DNA from: a virus
DNA: 64,000 bases
Direction: 5' to 3' (one strand)
IMG/VR virus record: IMGVR_UViG_3300042892_002114
Coordinates: 27,315-91,314 of that record
Of the stretch, positions 29,425-40,070 are shown one piece after another (position 1 is the first letter of the stretch; each line of letters starts with the position of its first letter). Both the position numbers and the translations under genes were made by a program. The notes under the pieces are model-generated. The model searched no databases and was not told the origin of the DNA. It saw only the letters and a program-made list of their open reading frames with translations.

Positions 29425-30755
29425 CTAGAGATCTTGAATGCGGTTGGAACAGTGAATGTCATTATAGAGCCACTTTGCTCTGAACGAATTTCTACCTTGT
29501 AATATCTTTCTTGAGGAAGACCGGTTGTATCCAACATAAAATAATTTCCATATGAATCAAAACTTAATCTGGTATATTCGTCATATGGCAATACAGAATC
29601 TTCGGTTTCAGCGTCTTTAATAGAATAGAAACTTGAACTTGGTAAATAATACGGAGTCAAATAGTCTGAAAGTTTGTTTGTAAATGTTTTTTGTGGATAA
29701 CGCTTTCTTGAAGTTACATCCATTCTTAAAATAGAACCGTGCTTATATTCTTTAGCAAGGTTCTTCATATTAACAACGGCGTCTCTCAATTGAATTGGGT
29801 CAGCACTACCGGTTTCTATTAACGCATCATTCCAAGCAACATCAATGTATGGAGAATATATTGTATTGGTTTCTTTGGAGAAGAATCTTAATTTCCCATA
29901 ATCAATAGAACTTGATTCATCGCTATGTAATACAATCAATCCGTTATTTTCAATTCCACCTGTTAGCCATGCTTCTACGATTGGGGTTACATCCATACGA
30001 ACATCGCTGGTTTGATAATCAAACGATTGAGTGCAAGCATATCCTCCGGTAACTGGTGCTATATAAGATGAAGTTGCTGGTGGAACATAAGTGTCGTCGC
30101 AATTTGGAAACGGATTATATGGATTGTTGTATGGAAGTTGAGCATATCCAGAACCAGAACCTAGCAAGCTTGCAGAAATCCACCAAACACCACCGCCGCT
30201 ACAATCGGTTAAAGAACCAGTTGTCCATTTTTCAGAGAATCCATCAACAAACTTCCAATTTGCTCCATCCGACGCAGATTGACCATCGTACTTATATCCA
30301 GAACCCATTCCCCAAGATTGAGAAATTGGATATGCAGCAAGTGTGTATTTTACAGGAACTTCTTTAGATTCGCATGTTTTTAGAACAAGATAAAAGCGAG
30401 GATTTACTATCTTGTTACATACTATAGAAGATGATATATCACTCAAATCAAATTGTAATAATGCTCTTGATAATACAGAACCTTGAGTAACTTGACTGGT
30501 TTGGATATATGAACTTGATATAACCTTCGGGTCGGTTGAACCTGAATCAAAGGAAGCGGACATCGAACCGCTTAAAAGTTCAATGCTTGAACTGGTGAAT
30601 GAAATTGGTGTGGAATATGTTCCCTTACTTGAGCAACTAGCATAAGATACCCGTTTTTCCACTTCAATAATTTCGTCCAACCCCATGTTCTTGAACATAT
30701 ATGACGGATCGTTGCTGATGGTGGTGTCTTTGGTTGGATATAAAAAGTAATGCAT
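29421..30755 (-). CDS. Virion structural protein (DNRLRE-like beta-sandwich)
   Basis: KDTTI..SRALLQFDLS..DVT.IV.AW..NNGLI..FFSKE pattern. Confidence 0.55.
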   Translation of the reverse strand: MHYFLYPTKDTTISNDPSYMFKNMGLDEIIEVEKRVSYASCSSKGTYSTPISFTSSSIELLSGSMSASFDSGSTDPKVISSSYIQTSQVTQGSVLSRALLQFDLSDISSSIVCNKIVNPRFYLVLKTCESKEVPVKYTLAAYPISQSWGMGSGYKYDGQSASDGANWKFVDGFSEKWTTGSLTDCSGGGVWWISASLLGSGSGYAQLPYNNPYNPFPNCDDTYVPPATSSYIAPVTGGYACTQSFDYQTSDVRMDVTPIVEAWLTGGIENNGLIVLHSDESSSIDYGKLRFFSKETNTIYSPYIDVAWNDALIETGSADPIQLRDAVVNMKNLAKEYKHGSILRMDVTSRKRYPQKTFTNKLSDYLTPYYLPSSSFYSIKDAETEDSVLPYDEYTRLSFDSYGNYFMLDTTGLPQERYYKVEIRSEQSGSIMTFTVPTAFKISR

Positions 30756-30811
30756 ATACTATGTTCTTTACATTATAAATATACTCCCCAACCAATAAAT
30801 TGAGCCTATAT

Positions 30812-32767
30812 TTATGCCACTCTGCCTACAATGTCTTTTGTGGGAAATCTTACTTCAAATATCGAAGGATCAATTGATGGATATACCACCTTGTCTAATG
30901 TAGCTTTGACTATATCATATTCATATGGAGAATAATCACCATCTCGCAATGTTAAATTTTTGATTTTCAATGAAGAAACGGATTGCACTCCATCAATCTT
31001 GGCAATCTCCAGCTCAAGGCGACTCAAATTAATTGGTTGGCAAAACTGAATATTGTTGATGTCAAAGAATTGTTGAACCAAAGTCAAACAATTTGCCAAC
31101 ACTTCTCGCTTATTATAATTTTTATAAGCAATGATAGTGAAGTCCACTCCGATATTTATTATATATCCATCCAATAGATTTACACTGTCTGTCAACATAC
31201 GATATTGATTGAGATAGTTCTTGAGATTTTGACGAATGGCTTCGTTTGTATTTATCAAACGTTGGTTCGTATCATAACCAAGCAAATATAGATTGATGGC
31301 CGACTGGTTGTTCTGGTTGATATTCTTACGATTTGTATTTTCAGGACCAAGTGAGCTTGTAGAAAGTTGATTTGGAAATGCCTGTATATTTGGTAAATCC
31401 AAGTTAGTATCTGCAACAGCATACGCCTTGGCAACAGAACCAAACTTTGACGGCATTGAATATGTTCTTACAACATAATCTTTTTGAGTAACTGCTCTAC
31501 CTTGTGCAGAAAAACTTGATAATGCATTGTTGCGAATTTCATCATTGGTTTCCGAACCGCGACCGCCAGAAGCTGGAACCGGGTTATTTACTTTTACAGA
31601 ACGTCTGACCAAATTTGTAAGTCCCTGATCAAACACAGGTAATTCTGTGATATCTCCGAAGAATTCAACGTTGGTAATGTTCTTTATAGTATTGGCATTA
31701 ACATTGCTTTCCAATCCACCACCTGTGATATAACGAATGGTCAATGTTGTGTTGCTCGGAGCTTGTCCAAATGCCCTAGACGACAGAAAATTTGCTGGGT
31801 CGTAGTTTATGCTCTCATTTCTGAATGTGTTTGGTTTTCCAACCGTATATACGTTTGGAACAATGATTTCGTCGTCGGAGATATTTGTACCAGACCCAAA
31901 CTCCAAGAATGTTGTATTGTCGGCTTGTACACCGGTAACAAACCGTTTAGATGTTCTTAAATACTTTAGTAAGAACGGAACGGTGTCTCTGTGTGAAGAA
32001 AGTGACATATCGTTTTTGTATATATTCTCACTTTCAATTGGCACCAAATCTTGTGCAAGATAATCTGTTTCATGCCACCGATTTCCGTCAGAATCATATA
32101 CATCAAAAACTTCAATGATATTTGTTTCAGATAGATATATTTTATAAAATGGAGATGGTGCTGATATGCTCACAGTTTTGCTTATCAATTGACCAGAAAA
32201 TGCTTCAGCGGACTTTTTTAATACATAAAATTCTGGCTGACTAGCAGCGTTGCGTTGATATACAGAAACTTCAAGCGGATCGTTCTGGGTATCTACAGTA
32301 AAGTCTACTGGTACACTAGTCAAAAATGAAACTCCGGAATCGCTAGTAGCGGACATACCGGGTTTTATGATTTGAGCATAACTCATATCCGGAACAATGC
32401 TACCGTCTTCTGAAATTTTTGATGGCACCAATTGATATACATCAAAATTTGTTACGCTTGGAGCGGTTGGTTTTGACTTGTAACTCAAAGAACGAGCAGA
32501 ATCAATAATATTCTGACGCTCTTCTGAATTTACCAACATAGATTCTTTGAATTGATAGTCTATATAATATGATAATACGTCACCAACATAAGCCGCCATT
32601 TCAATATACATCATGCCAGGTGAAGCATCGCTAAAATCCTTGTATGTGTTTGGATAATATGTTTTAGAAAAATCAATCAAAGACTGCTTCAATTGCGAGA
32701 AGTCCTTGCTTAGATACTTAACATCTCTTTTTCCAGGTTGAAAGGATTTTGGTGTGTCTAAAATCAT
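30812..32767 (-). CDS. Baseplate wedge subunit (T4 gp6 / baseplate J-like)
   Basis: KDFSQLK..YPNTYKDF..AYVGDVLSYY; ASGG..E..EIR..QGRAVTQKDY; adjacent to a gp25-like gene. Confidence 0.85.
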   Translation of the reverse strand: MILDTPKSFQPGKRDVKYLSKDFSQLKQSLIDFSKTYYPNTYKDFSDASPGMMYIEMAAYVGDVLSYYIDYQFKESMLVNSEERQNIIDSARSLSYKSKPTAPSVTNFDVYQLVPSKISEDGSIVPDMSYAQIIKPGMSATSDSGVSFLTSVPVDFTVDTQNDPLEVSVYQRNAASQPEFYVLKKSAEAFSGQLISKTVSISAPSPFYKIYLSETNIIEVFDVYDSDGNRWHETDYLAQDLVPIESENIYKNDMSLSSHRDTVPFLLKYLRTSKRFVTGVQADNTTFLEFGSGTNISDDEIIVPNVYTVGKPNTFRNESINYDPANFLSSRAFGQAPSNTTLTIRYITGGGLESNVNANTIKNITNVEFFGDITELPVFDQGLTNLVRRSVKVNNPVPASGGRGSETNDEIRNNALSSFSAQGRAVTQKDYVVRTYSMPSKFGSVAKAYAVADTNLDLPNIQAFPNQLSTSSLGPENTNRKNINQNNQSAINLYLLGYDTNQRLINTNEAIRQNLKNYLNQYRMLTDSVNLLDGYIINIGVDFTIIAYKNYNKREVLANCLTLVQQFFDINNIQFCQPINLSRLELEIAKIDGVQSVSSLKIKNLTLRDGDYSPYEYDIVKATLDKVVYPSIDPSIFEVRFPTKDIVGRVA

Positions 32768-33168
32768 ATATTATTTGTGTTCATTCCCACTTGCAATGTT
32801 TGTTGGTCAAAAACTCCAATAGATGGAACGGTGAATACAACAGACACATCCAAGCGATTATAATTGTTATCTTTGTTATTCGCCACTGACACAGACTGCA
32901 CATTCACATAACTCATCCATTTGGCAATGTCTCTCCGAATAGTACTATCAATAATTGGAGTCATATCATCTGACATATTCTCAAATAATACATTCCACAA
33001 CCCAGATCCAAAATCTGGGTTCATTCTGCGTTCTCCCTTTTTTGTTTTTAGCAACAAATTTAAGTTGGATTTTACTTGTTCAATTACACTGTAACTTTGG
33101 TTGAAATATCCATGTTGCCCATGAGTGATGGGAAGAACTATACCATAAGTTTGTGTTGCAGTTGCCAT
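32764..33168 (-). CDS. Baseplate wedge subunit gp25-like
   Basis: NLNLLLKTKKGERRMNPDFGSGL..LFE motif. Confidence 0.88.
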   Translation of the reverse strand: MATATQTYGIVLPITHGQHGYFNQSYSVIEQVKSNLNLLLKTKKGERRMNPDFGSGLWNVLFENMSDDMTPIIDSTIRRDIAKWMSYVNVQSVSVANNKDNNYNRLDVSVVFTVPSIGVFDQQTLQVGMNTNNI

Positions 33169-33170
33169 CT

Positions 33171-33620
33171 TTAAGCCGGTCTACCAGATTTTGCTTTGGC
33201 GTCAATCGCCTTCATCAATTTGGAATAGTCTCTGGTCATTGCATTTGCTACGGCGGCAACGTCCTTGTTTTCGGCCAACACTTCTTTTGGTAGATTTTTG
33301 ATAGTGTCTATTGCAGATGGAATAGACACAGAACTTTCGTCCGGTATTCCTCCAACCGTCTCGTTCAATATTTGGTTAAATATTGGGTTTGAAGAAAATG
33401 TTCTTGGTGCTTGTACCGGTGCTTTCTTAATCGGCGTCTCGAAAGAAACCGATGGCTTTTTTCTTGGTGCAGCAGGTATAGTTGGTTCTTTTTCTTCGGT
33501 AATAACCGGTTGGGCGGTGATTCGCTCGGCCAATACTTCCATTAGATATTGAGGAAGAGCATTATTGATCTCTTCTCGCACAACCGTTCTTATAATTTCT
33601 ACCAGTTCTTTCTTGTTCAT
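33171..33620 (-). CDS. Hypothetical protein
   Basis: 149 aa; AAGGA SD and ATATTTAT upstream; IIRTVVREE/ILNET motifs. Confidence 0.65.
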   Translation of the reverse strand: MNKKELVEIIRTVVREEINNALPQYLMEVLAERITAQPVITEEKEPTIPAAPRKKPSVSFETPIKKAPVQAPRTFSSNPIFNQILNETVGGIPDESSVSIPSAIDTIKNLPKEVLAENKDVAAVANAMTRDYSKLMKAIDAKAKSGRPA

Positions 33621-33660
33621 ATATATGATTCCTTATATAAATATAATGTGTTTTTGATAA

Positions 33661-34557
33661 TTATCCCGATGGTGGGAAACTGAATGCACTTATTTTATCA
33701 TTCGTGAATGATGTAGCGCCTGAAAGTGTATTGTTTATTGGGGTAGATACCGCCGATAGATTAAGATTTGCGGTTCCACCCGAAGTATTTTCCGACACAA
33801 TACCCGAAACGCCGTCTTGAACATCGATGGTCGCACCAGATGTTGCATTTTGGATATTTCCTTGTATTCCTTGCATTTGATCCTGTAGTTTAGATATACC
33901 AGTCTGGTCCATTGCACCGTTTACCGCATCACCAACCTGGTTTTTCAAATCTCCAACCGCCTGATCTACCATATCCTCAACCAATGACTTTAATATTGCA
34001 CCGGGATTTCCGGAAGATAGTGCGGAAATTATCGCAATCGCCCCACCTACCATTGCCATGTTTATTTTAAGACCCGGTGCAAATGGCGGAACTATAGTTG
34101 TGTATTTTGTAATTTTGTCGGCAATAAACTTTGGTCCGGCACCAAGAAGAATACCGGCTTTATCCAAACCTGGAAAGCTTGGCATGTTTGGCAAATTCAA
34201 ACTTGGAAGCGGTGGCAATGATGCTGCAAAATTTGGAAGAGATGTTGATAATCCCATGGTACCTGCGACACCCGACAGAGAAGTTGGACCCCCGAACGCC
34301 GCCGATATACCACCAATCGTCGTGGGAGCCCCAAAACTTGAAACAGCCCCCGACAATGTTTTTGGAACCCCGCCAATTGTTGAGGAAATTCCCGAAACAG
34401 ATGCAATGGAAGATAAAGAAGAACCCGCTCCAATAGATATTGTGGGAGATTTTAACATCGACAAACCGGTGGATGTCACGCCGTTTGTCATAGCCGATAG
34501 AGACGTTGGTGGACTGGAAGACACAGTCGGTGCAGAAAATAATGGAATGTCTGGCAT
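33661..34557 (-). CDS. Low-complexity S/G/A/P-rich hypothetical protein (baseplate module)
   Basis: 298-aa ORF contiguous with the spike-like gene. Confidence 0.55.
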   Translation of the reverse strand: MPDIPLFSAPTVSSSPPTSLSAMTNGVTSTGLSMLKSPTISIGAGSSLSSIASVSGISSTIGGVPKTLSGAVSSFGAPTTIGGISAAFGGPTSLSGVAGTMGLSTSLPNFAASLPPLPSLNLPNMPSFPGLDKAGILLGAGPKFIADKITKYTTIVPPFAPGLKINMAMVGGAIAIISALSSGNPGAILKSLVEDMVDQAVGDLKNQVGDAVNGAMDQTGISKLQDQMQGIQGNIQNATSGATIDVQDGVSGIVSENTSGGTANLNLSAVSTPINNTLSGATSFTNDKISAFSFPPSG

Positions 34558-34560
34558 ATG

Positions 34561-35988
34561 TTAATCTACCCCCCCAGCAACGAACACTCTACCACTCATG
34601 AGTGAACTCAATTGAGAGCGAAGAGCCAGCAAACTGATCTGGGATGCTTGTAGAGACAGCAATTGCTCCGCCCACAATACTGACGCGGGTGGTAATATAG
34701 GAAGTAGGGTTGGGCCAGTTTTGGTCAAATGTAAGTGAGTCTGTAGGGCCATTAGGACTTGAATTTGTGTATTGACATTCAATAACATCCAATCGCACAT
34801 TGAATACATCCAAGCCACCGTACTTCTTCCTAACAAAGCGGGTTCATATGTTTTTCCATGATCTCCCAAATATATCTTAGGAGAATTTATTGTCGCCGTC
34901 TTTAATGCGGTGAGTGTCATTCTATTAACACATGATATAGAAATTGCGTCGTCACTTGTCATTCCAATGTTTTTCTTAGAGAAGAAAAACATTTCATTGG
35001 ATTTGGAAGAAAGCACCAACCTATCGCTGTTTATTACGATCTGATCACCGTCCAGTTTTGGTAAACCCACCGGTTTGTTTCCACGTATTATTGCGTTCGT
35101 TGTCGTGGGTTGAAATTTTGAAACAGTTTTGCCAGAAGTAATGTGTACGGAAGATCCATCTTTATTTATATCTTCTTCTGTATATCCCTTTGCGGTAAAT
35201 CCTTCTGGATTTTTAATTGGTGCTTGACGGTTACGCAGCAGAATCATCGGATTACCACCTCCGTCAGCGTAATCATCTTTTCCATTGTCATTTCCCCTAA
35301 CACCGTCATATGCTCCAAATCTTATAGAAGATCCAAATCTTGATTCTAGTATAGTATCTCCTTCATATCTTTTAATAGAGCGAATCTTTGGATTAAATTT
35401 AAAATAGTTTCCCAATACTCCTGTATAATTTTCCCCACCAAAAAAATTCATAGTAGATTTTGGACCTGTGTATGGTTCTCCGTTGTTGTATTCATCTGTA
35501 TTTTGATCTACCCAACCAGACACACGCTCAGTTATAAAACTTGCATTGCTATTCACAACCGATTTGAAGTTTAATTTACGAGAATAGAAATAGCTTTCCA
35601 TATATCTTCCAACAATCACCATTTCATTCATCAACGGCCACTCGGTTATACCAGTATTTTCAATTGGATATGCCCAACCAAGTTGTTCTTTATCTTTACC
35701 TCTTTCACTGTTCAAGAATCTAAATTTTATTGCACCAATTTGACCATAATCATTTGTACCGGAAACAGGTTCACTGCCATCTATGTTCGGTGGAAAATCG
35801 TTTGTATCCAATTCGTCTGTAAATGCAGGGTGTTTATCGTCCAATATAATATCCAGTACTACCGCTTCTTCCAATTCATAGAAATAACTTGTATCAGGTT
35901 TGCGTTCAATAACAAACCTTTTTGAAGCAAGCATGTCATCTTGCTTTATGTTGAGGTCACTTCTGCGTTCTGTTTCTGTGTATGACAT
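34561..35988 (-). CDS. Putative baseplate hub/central spike protein (gp5/VgrG-like)
   Basis: N-terminal OB-fold-like region (AYP..PLMNEMV), EGDTILESRFGSSIRFG, beta-helix-like tail ending INSPKIYLG..EPALLG, HLH. Confidence 0.6.
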   Translation of the reverse strand: MSYTETERRSDLNIKQDDMLASKRFVIERKPDTSYFYELEEAVVLDIILDDKHPAFTDELDTNDFPPNIDGSEPVSGTNDYGQIGAIKFRFLNSERGKDKEQLGWAYPIENTGITEWPLMNEMVIVGRYMESYFYSRKLNFKSVVNSNASFITERVSGWVDQNTDEYNNGEPYTGPKSTMNFFGGENYTGVLGNYFKFNPKIRSIKRYEGDTILESRFGSSIRFGAYDGVRGNDNGKDDYADGGGNPMILLRNRQAPIKNPEGFTAKGYTEEDINKDGSSVHITSGKTVSKFQPTTTNAIIRGNKPVGLPKLDGDQIVINSDRLVLSSKSNEMFFFSKKNIGMTSDDAISISCVNRMTLTALKTATINSPKIYLGDHGKTYEPALLGRSTVAWMYSMCDWMLLNVNTQIQVLMALQTHLHLTKTGPTLLPILPPASVLWAEQLLSLQASQISLLALRSQLSSLMSGRVFVAGGVD

Positions 35989-36368
35989 TATTTAGGTTCT
36001 GCTTTTGATTTTTCTGGAGACTTCATTGTTTTGGCGGTTTCTTCTATAGCCGACATGAGTTGCTTTTTTTCTTCTTCTGTCAATATTGTACCACCACCTT
36101 CGCCGTCCGGTCCAACCTTACCAGACATCAATCGTTGAATAATTGCGGCAAGTTTGATTAGTTGCTCATCATTGCGCACAGACACATCAAAATATTCTTT
36201 GAGCAACGGAACGATTGTAACAGCGTCATTTACAGTCTTGATCATGTCCTTCAAGTCGGTAATCAATATGTCCAACTGATCTTTCTTTTGTTCCGAGTTA
36301 TTTATAATATCTTTACACAAAGAAGCAAAACTTTTTCCCTTGTAAATCTCAAATTCATACGTTTCCAT
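35988..36368 (-). CDS. Hypothetical protein
   Basis: 126-aa helical ORF; CTATTTAT motif 4 nt upstream. Confidence 0.65.
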   Translation of the reverse strand: METYEFEIYKGKSFASLCKDIINNSEQKKDQLDILITDLKDMIKTVNDAVTIVPLLKEYFDVSVRNDEQLIKLAAIIQRLMSGKVGPDGEGGGTILTEEEKKQLMSAIEETAKTMKSPEKSKAEPK

Positions 36369-36409
36369 GCCTATAAATAGTTATTGAGTGAGTATTTTAA
36401 CGTTGGTTG

Positions 36410-37312
36410 TCAAGCATCAATACCAGTTATTTTTCCGGTGTTATAATATTCCTCTCGTATTTTACGCTGTGGCTCCATGAGCTTATTTATAACTTTTGTA
36501 ATGTGTTGAGTTTGGCAGTCTGCGATTTCTCGTATATATAGATACAATGCTTTTTTATTGAATATATCAATACGATCAGCATTTCTGAATATTTCAACAA
36601 CTGCATTTGCAATCTTCAAGTCACGATCTTTGGTAAAATACTTGCCCACATTTTGGTCCCAATATTCGACCATGAGTTTGATAAATTCACGTGCTTCACT
36701 TTCTTGTTTTTCGTGTTCTGGTTGAACCACAAACTCACCAGAGTCTCCGGTTTGTTCACAAATCTCAACGTGTTTCTTGAAACGACGATATGTTGTATTA
36801 TTGTCCAAGATAAACCAATGCTTGGCTACAATACTAAAATAGCTGAATGCCTTACCTTTTCCCTTTTCATATTTGCTCATATTTGCTACCATATGTGAAA
36901 TGGCTTGCTTCTGAATATCAAGCGGACTTACATCAGCATAACTAAACTTGAATGTATTATAAATATTCTCGGCTATTTTACCAAATGCACCTTGTATCTT
37001 TTCGTTGTATATTTTATCTTTTTCTCTTGGGTCTTCTGTTTCATTATAAGCAACAATGGCCGATTCTGTATCTGGAGTAAAGTATACATTAGAAACCTTT
37101 TTTTCAACTCCTTCAACTGCCTCTTTTTTGTTCTTTTTTCCTTTTGGTCTACCACGTGGGCGAGAAATCTTTTCATTTACATGAAACTCCGCAGTATGCA
37201 CAGTTTGTTTCTTAATTTTATTTTTAGGCTTTTGAGATTTGACAACTTTTTTTGTTGGCTTGGACTTTTTTACAACTTTCTTTTGCTTGTCGGTTTTTTT
37301 AATTTTCTTCAT
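36410..37312 (-). CDS. Putative phage sigma-factor-like transcription protein
   Basis: KYEKGKGKAFSYFSIVAKHWFI resembles sigma region 2.3-2.4; C-terminal HTH-like IREIADCQTQHITKVI; basic N-terminal tail with an AT-hook (RPRGRPK). Confidence 0.55.
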   Translation of the reverse strand: MKKIKKTDKQKKVVKKSKPTKKVVKSQKPKNKIKKQTVHTAEFHVNEKISRPRGRPKGKKNKKEAVEGVEKKVSNVYFTPDTESAIVAYNETEDPREKDKIYNEKIQGAFGKIAENIYNTFKFSYADVSPLDIQKQAISHMVANMSKYEKGKGKAFSYFSIVAKHWFILDNNTTYRRFKKHVEICEQTGDSGEFVVQPEHEKQESEAREFIKLMVEYWDQNVGKYFTKDRDLKIANAVVEIFRNADRIDIFNKKALYLYIREIADCQTQHITKVINKLMEPQRKIREEYYNTGKITGIDA

Positions 37313-37313
37313 T

Positions 37314-37589
37314 TTATTTTATGCTGTCATTGAACTCTTGTATCACTCTTTGTATTTCGGAAAAAACAAATCCAACATCATCGTCTTTTTCAAACAAGTT
37401 TTTGTCATCGACCATTTTTAAGCGTTTATACACATTTTCTATTTCTGTACGATATTTGTCTATTTCTGTACGATATTCTTCAATCCACTCTTCATGTACT
37501 TCAATCTTTTTTAGCATGTTGTAGCATGCAAATCCCAACGCGCAGGTTGAGATGAAAAACAAAACCATTAATGTTACTATTATCCACAT
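37314..37589 (-). CDS. Small membrane-anchored coiled-coil protein
   Basis: N-terminal hydrophobic helix followed by heptad repeats. Confidence 0.6.
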   Translation of the reverse strand: MWIIVTLMVLFFISTCALGFACYNMLKKIEVHEEWIEEYRTEIDKYRTEIENVYKRLKMVDDKNLFEKDDDVGFVFSEIQRVIQEFNDSIK

Positions 37590-37592
37590 AAA

Positions 37593-37745
37593 TTATTGCT
37601 CCTCTTCTTCAAGTTCATCGGCGTCATAACCGAGTTCTTCTTTCAGTATTGTTAGAGCATCTTCAACGGCTGGCCAGCTGTGTCGTTCAAGTGCGTGTTC
37701 AAGTAGTTCTTTTATTTCTTCAAGGTTATCAATGTCGATGTTCAT
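37593..37745 (-). CDS. Small acidic hypothetical protein (50 aa, not in ORF track)
   Basis: MNIDIDNLEEIKELLEHALERHSWPAVEDALTILKEELGYDADELEEEEQ; exactly fills the gap between neighbours. Confidence 0.65.
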   Translation of the reverse strand: MNIDIDNLEEIKELLEHALERHSWPAVEDALTILKEELGYDADELEEEEQ

Positions 37746-37746
37746 A

Positions 37747-38361
37747 TTATAGAATTGCCCAGCCTTGCTCCACGAGTTCCAAGGCTTTCTTGTATTTTAT
37801 ATATTGAGTTTCTCCAGCTTTTTCTACCATAACTTTATCATTTCTTCCATATTTGACCTTTTTCTCTACTACAGGAACAAAACGAACACCTTCATCAATC
37901 ATCAACACACCATTGGTATGGTCAGTTTCATGTTGAATGCAGATGCTTTCAAGCAAACCCAAGTCCTTGCCCACAGATTCTTGGGTGGTTGGGTCTGTAT
38001 CTGGACCAAATGAAAGAGGATTGGCGTGATTGAGAGTTGATACAGTAACTTTCAATGAACGAATTGTGTTGGTAAGCTTGCCTGGCAAACTCAAACAACC
38101 TTCAGTAAAGATAAGCTTTTCTTTACTTGATTCTACAATGGTAGGATTCATGAGAATAATCGGAGGATTATCTTTACGAACTCTTACAATTGATACCGCC
38201 TTGGGTATTCCTATTTGTATAGCAGAAAGGCCAATACCATGTGAAAGTGTATCCAAAGCCTCTATCAATTTTTTGGCTATTTCTTCACCTTCTTGTATTG
38301 TTGATACTGGTTCGGTTTTCTTGTGTAGAATATCTTTATTTTTGACAATTTTGTAACTCAT
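37747..38361 (-). CDS. def: Peptide deformylase
   Basis: GIGLSAIQIG, EGCLS and QHETDHTNG, the three PDF motifs. Confidence 0.93.
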   Translation of the reverse strand: MSYKIVKNKDILHKKTEPVSTIQEGEEIAKKLIEALDTLSHGIGLSAIQIGIPKAVSIVRVRKDNPPIILMNPTIVESSKEKLIFTEGCLSLPGKLTNTIRSLKVTVSTLNHANPLSFGPDTDPTTQESVGKDLGLLESICIQHETDHTNGVLMIDEGVRFVPVVEKKVKYGRNDKVMVEKAGETQYIKYKKALELVEQGWAIL

Positions 38362-38444
38362 ATTTTGTGAATGGTCGTATGCACATTCACATGTATATGC
38401 TAAATGTTTATATTGTCAATATATAAAAAATAAAATTTAAAGAA

Positions 38445-39995
38445 TTATCTTGGAGACACTTTACCGCTTGTTATTCCGTGCGGAGCGGTTGGTGCTTTGG
38501 GTGGCAATGCTATGTGTGGTGTTTCTTCATCAACTGATTCTGATGATATAACAACATCATCAACCACAATAGATTCATTGACCAAAACATCTTCAGCGAC
38601 TGCGTCGGGAGTTGGCGTTGGTTCTGGTGTGGATGTTGGTTCGGATGATGCAGTTGGGGTTGGATCTGATACTGATGTCGTCGGAGTTGGTGTTGGAGTT
38701 GATGTTGGTTCTGGCTCTATCACATTCTTTGGTTGTTGTTTATTTTCAGATTTTTCATCTTTTTTAATCAATGCATTAAACGCCAAAATTAAACATATTG
38801 CCAATGGATCAAACACTCCAATAATTGCCCAAATAAAATAATTAACCGCATCGTCCAATGGAATGTTTAGACTTTTAGCAATAAACTTAAATGTACCAAC
38901 ATCTGTATGAACAATCTTTTCTTGTGTTTCGGTATTTTGTGCTCGCAACGCTTGTATATTATTTTGATATTCAGTTATTTTCTGTTTACTTTGTTCAGTC
39001 ATTTCACCTTTTTTAGTATTTAATGCAACAATCTTTTCATCTGTTTCTTTGTTGTATGCTGCTATAGACGCGGCAATTTCGGCACTTTCTTTCTCAACAT
39101 TCTTTATATTGGTGTCAATTTCACTTCTTTGAGATTTGCTGCGAGATTCAATTGCTGCTACACGATCATTATATTCTTTTACTTGACCGGCATATTGCTG
39201 ACGAAGTTTTTCCATTCTGTCTTGTGAAGATTTTATTTGAGCATCAATATCATCACGTTCTTTTTGTTGTGATTGTTTGATTTCTCGGGCTTTATCCAAG
39301 CCACCTTTTTTGAACATGTTTCCACTTCCTTGGTCTATCCATTTTTGTACTTCTTTGTCCAATATCTCAAGTCGTGAATTATACAGTTTGATTTGTTCAA
39401 GTTCTCTGCCAATATCAGAATCAGTAGATGACTTGGATAATTCCAATGCTTGTTTTGCCGACATTATATCAGACGAAGCATCTTTGTTTGTATCAGTTGA
39501 CTTTCTTATAGTTTCTGCTTGCTGATTCTTTTGATTTATAAGCAAAGTGCGCTGTTCAATTATTTTCTTTCTATTGTCCTCGATAGACCGCGTTTCCGCT
39601 TCATTATAAGTTGATGTCTTCAAAGATACTATTTCCTTCTCAATGTCTTTTATATTGGTTATATTTGCTTCTATTTGATGTTCATAGCCTTGTACAGCGA
39701 TAGAAGTAGCAGTATATCCCGCACTCAAATATCCATATATACCTATTGAGGTTATGAGCATAAGTATCATTGTTGCCGAAACCATATAAGCCTTCATCCA
39801 CAAAGTTATATCATTCCATTTTTGTTTTAAAAACGTAGCAGTAATAAATTTTCCAACTTCAAGAGCAATTCCCATTATTATAATGGATATGCCGCCGCCA
39901 ACAAACAACAACTTTAATCCAACGATACTAAAATACGCACCGCACACAGATATTGCTATTGCACTCAATAATACTAAAAATGCTAAAAAGTTCAT
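38445..39995 (-). CDS. Membrane protein with long coiled coil and C-terminal Pro/Thr-rich tail
   Basis: Likely start MNFLAFL at 39995; 3 N-terminal TM segments, coiled coil, TM (IIGVFDPLAICL), PT repeats. Confidence 0.7.
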   Translation of the reverse strand: MNFLAFLVLLSAIAISVCGAYFSIVGLKLLFVGGGISIIIMGIALEVGKFITATFLKQKWNDITLWMKAYMVSATMILMLITSIGIYGYLSAGYTATSIAVQGYEHQIEANITNIKDIEKEIVSLKTSTYNEAETRSIEDNRKKIIEQRTLLINQKNQQAETIRKSTDTNKDASSDIMSAKQALELSKSSTDSDIGRELEQIKLYNSRLEILDKEVQKWIDQGSGNMFKKGGLDKAREIKQSQQKERDDIDAQIKSSQDRMEKLRQQYAGQVKEYNDRVAAIESRSKSQRSEIDTNIKNVEKESAEIAASIAAYNKETDEKIVALNTKKGEMTEQSKQKITEYQNNIQALRAQNTETQEKIVHTDVGTFKFIAKSLNIPLDDAVNYFIWAIIGVFDPLAICLILAFNALIKKDEKSENKQQPKNVIEPEPTSTPTPTPTTSVSDPTPTASSEPTSTPEPTPTPDAVAEDVLVNESIVVDDVVISSESVDEETPHIALPPKAPTAPHGITSGKVSPR

Positions 39996-40041
39996 ATGTA
40001 TATATAATTTGTCTGAACATATAAATATCAATGTGTATTAT

Positions 40042-40070
40042 AAAAACAACCCCGCATTTCTGCGGGGTTG
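40042..40070 (-). terminator. Rho-independent terminator downstream of hsp20
   Basis: CAACCCCGCA-gaaa-TGCGGGGTTG stem followed by TTTTT on the minus strand. Confidence 0.8.
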
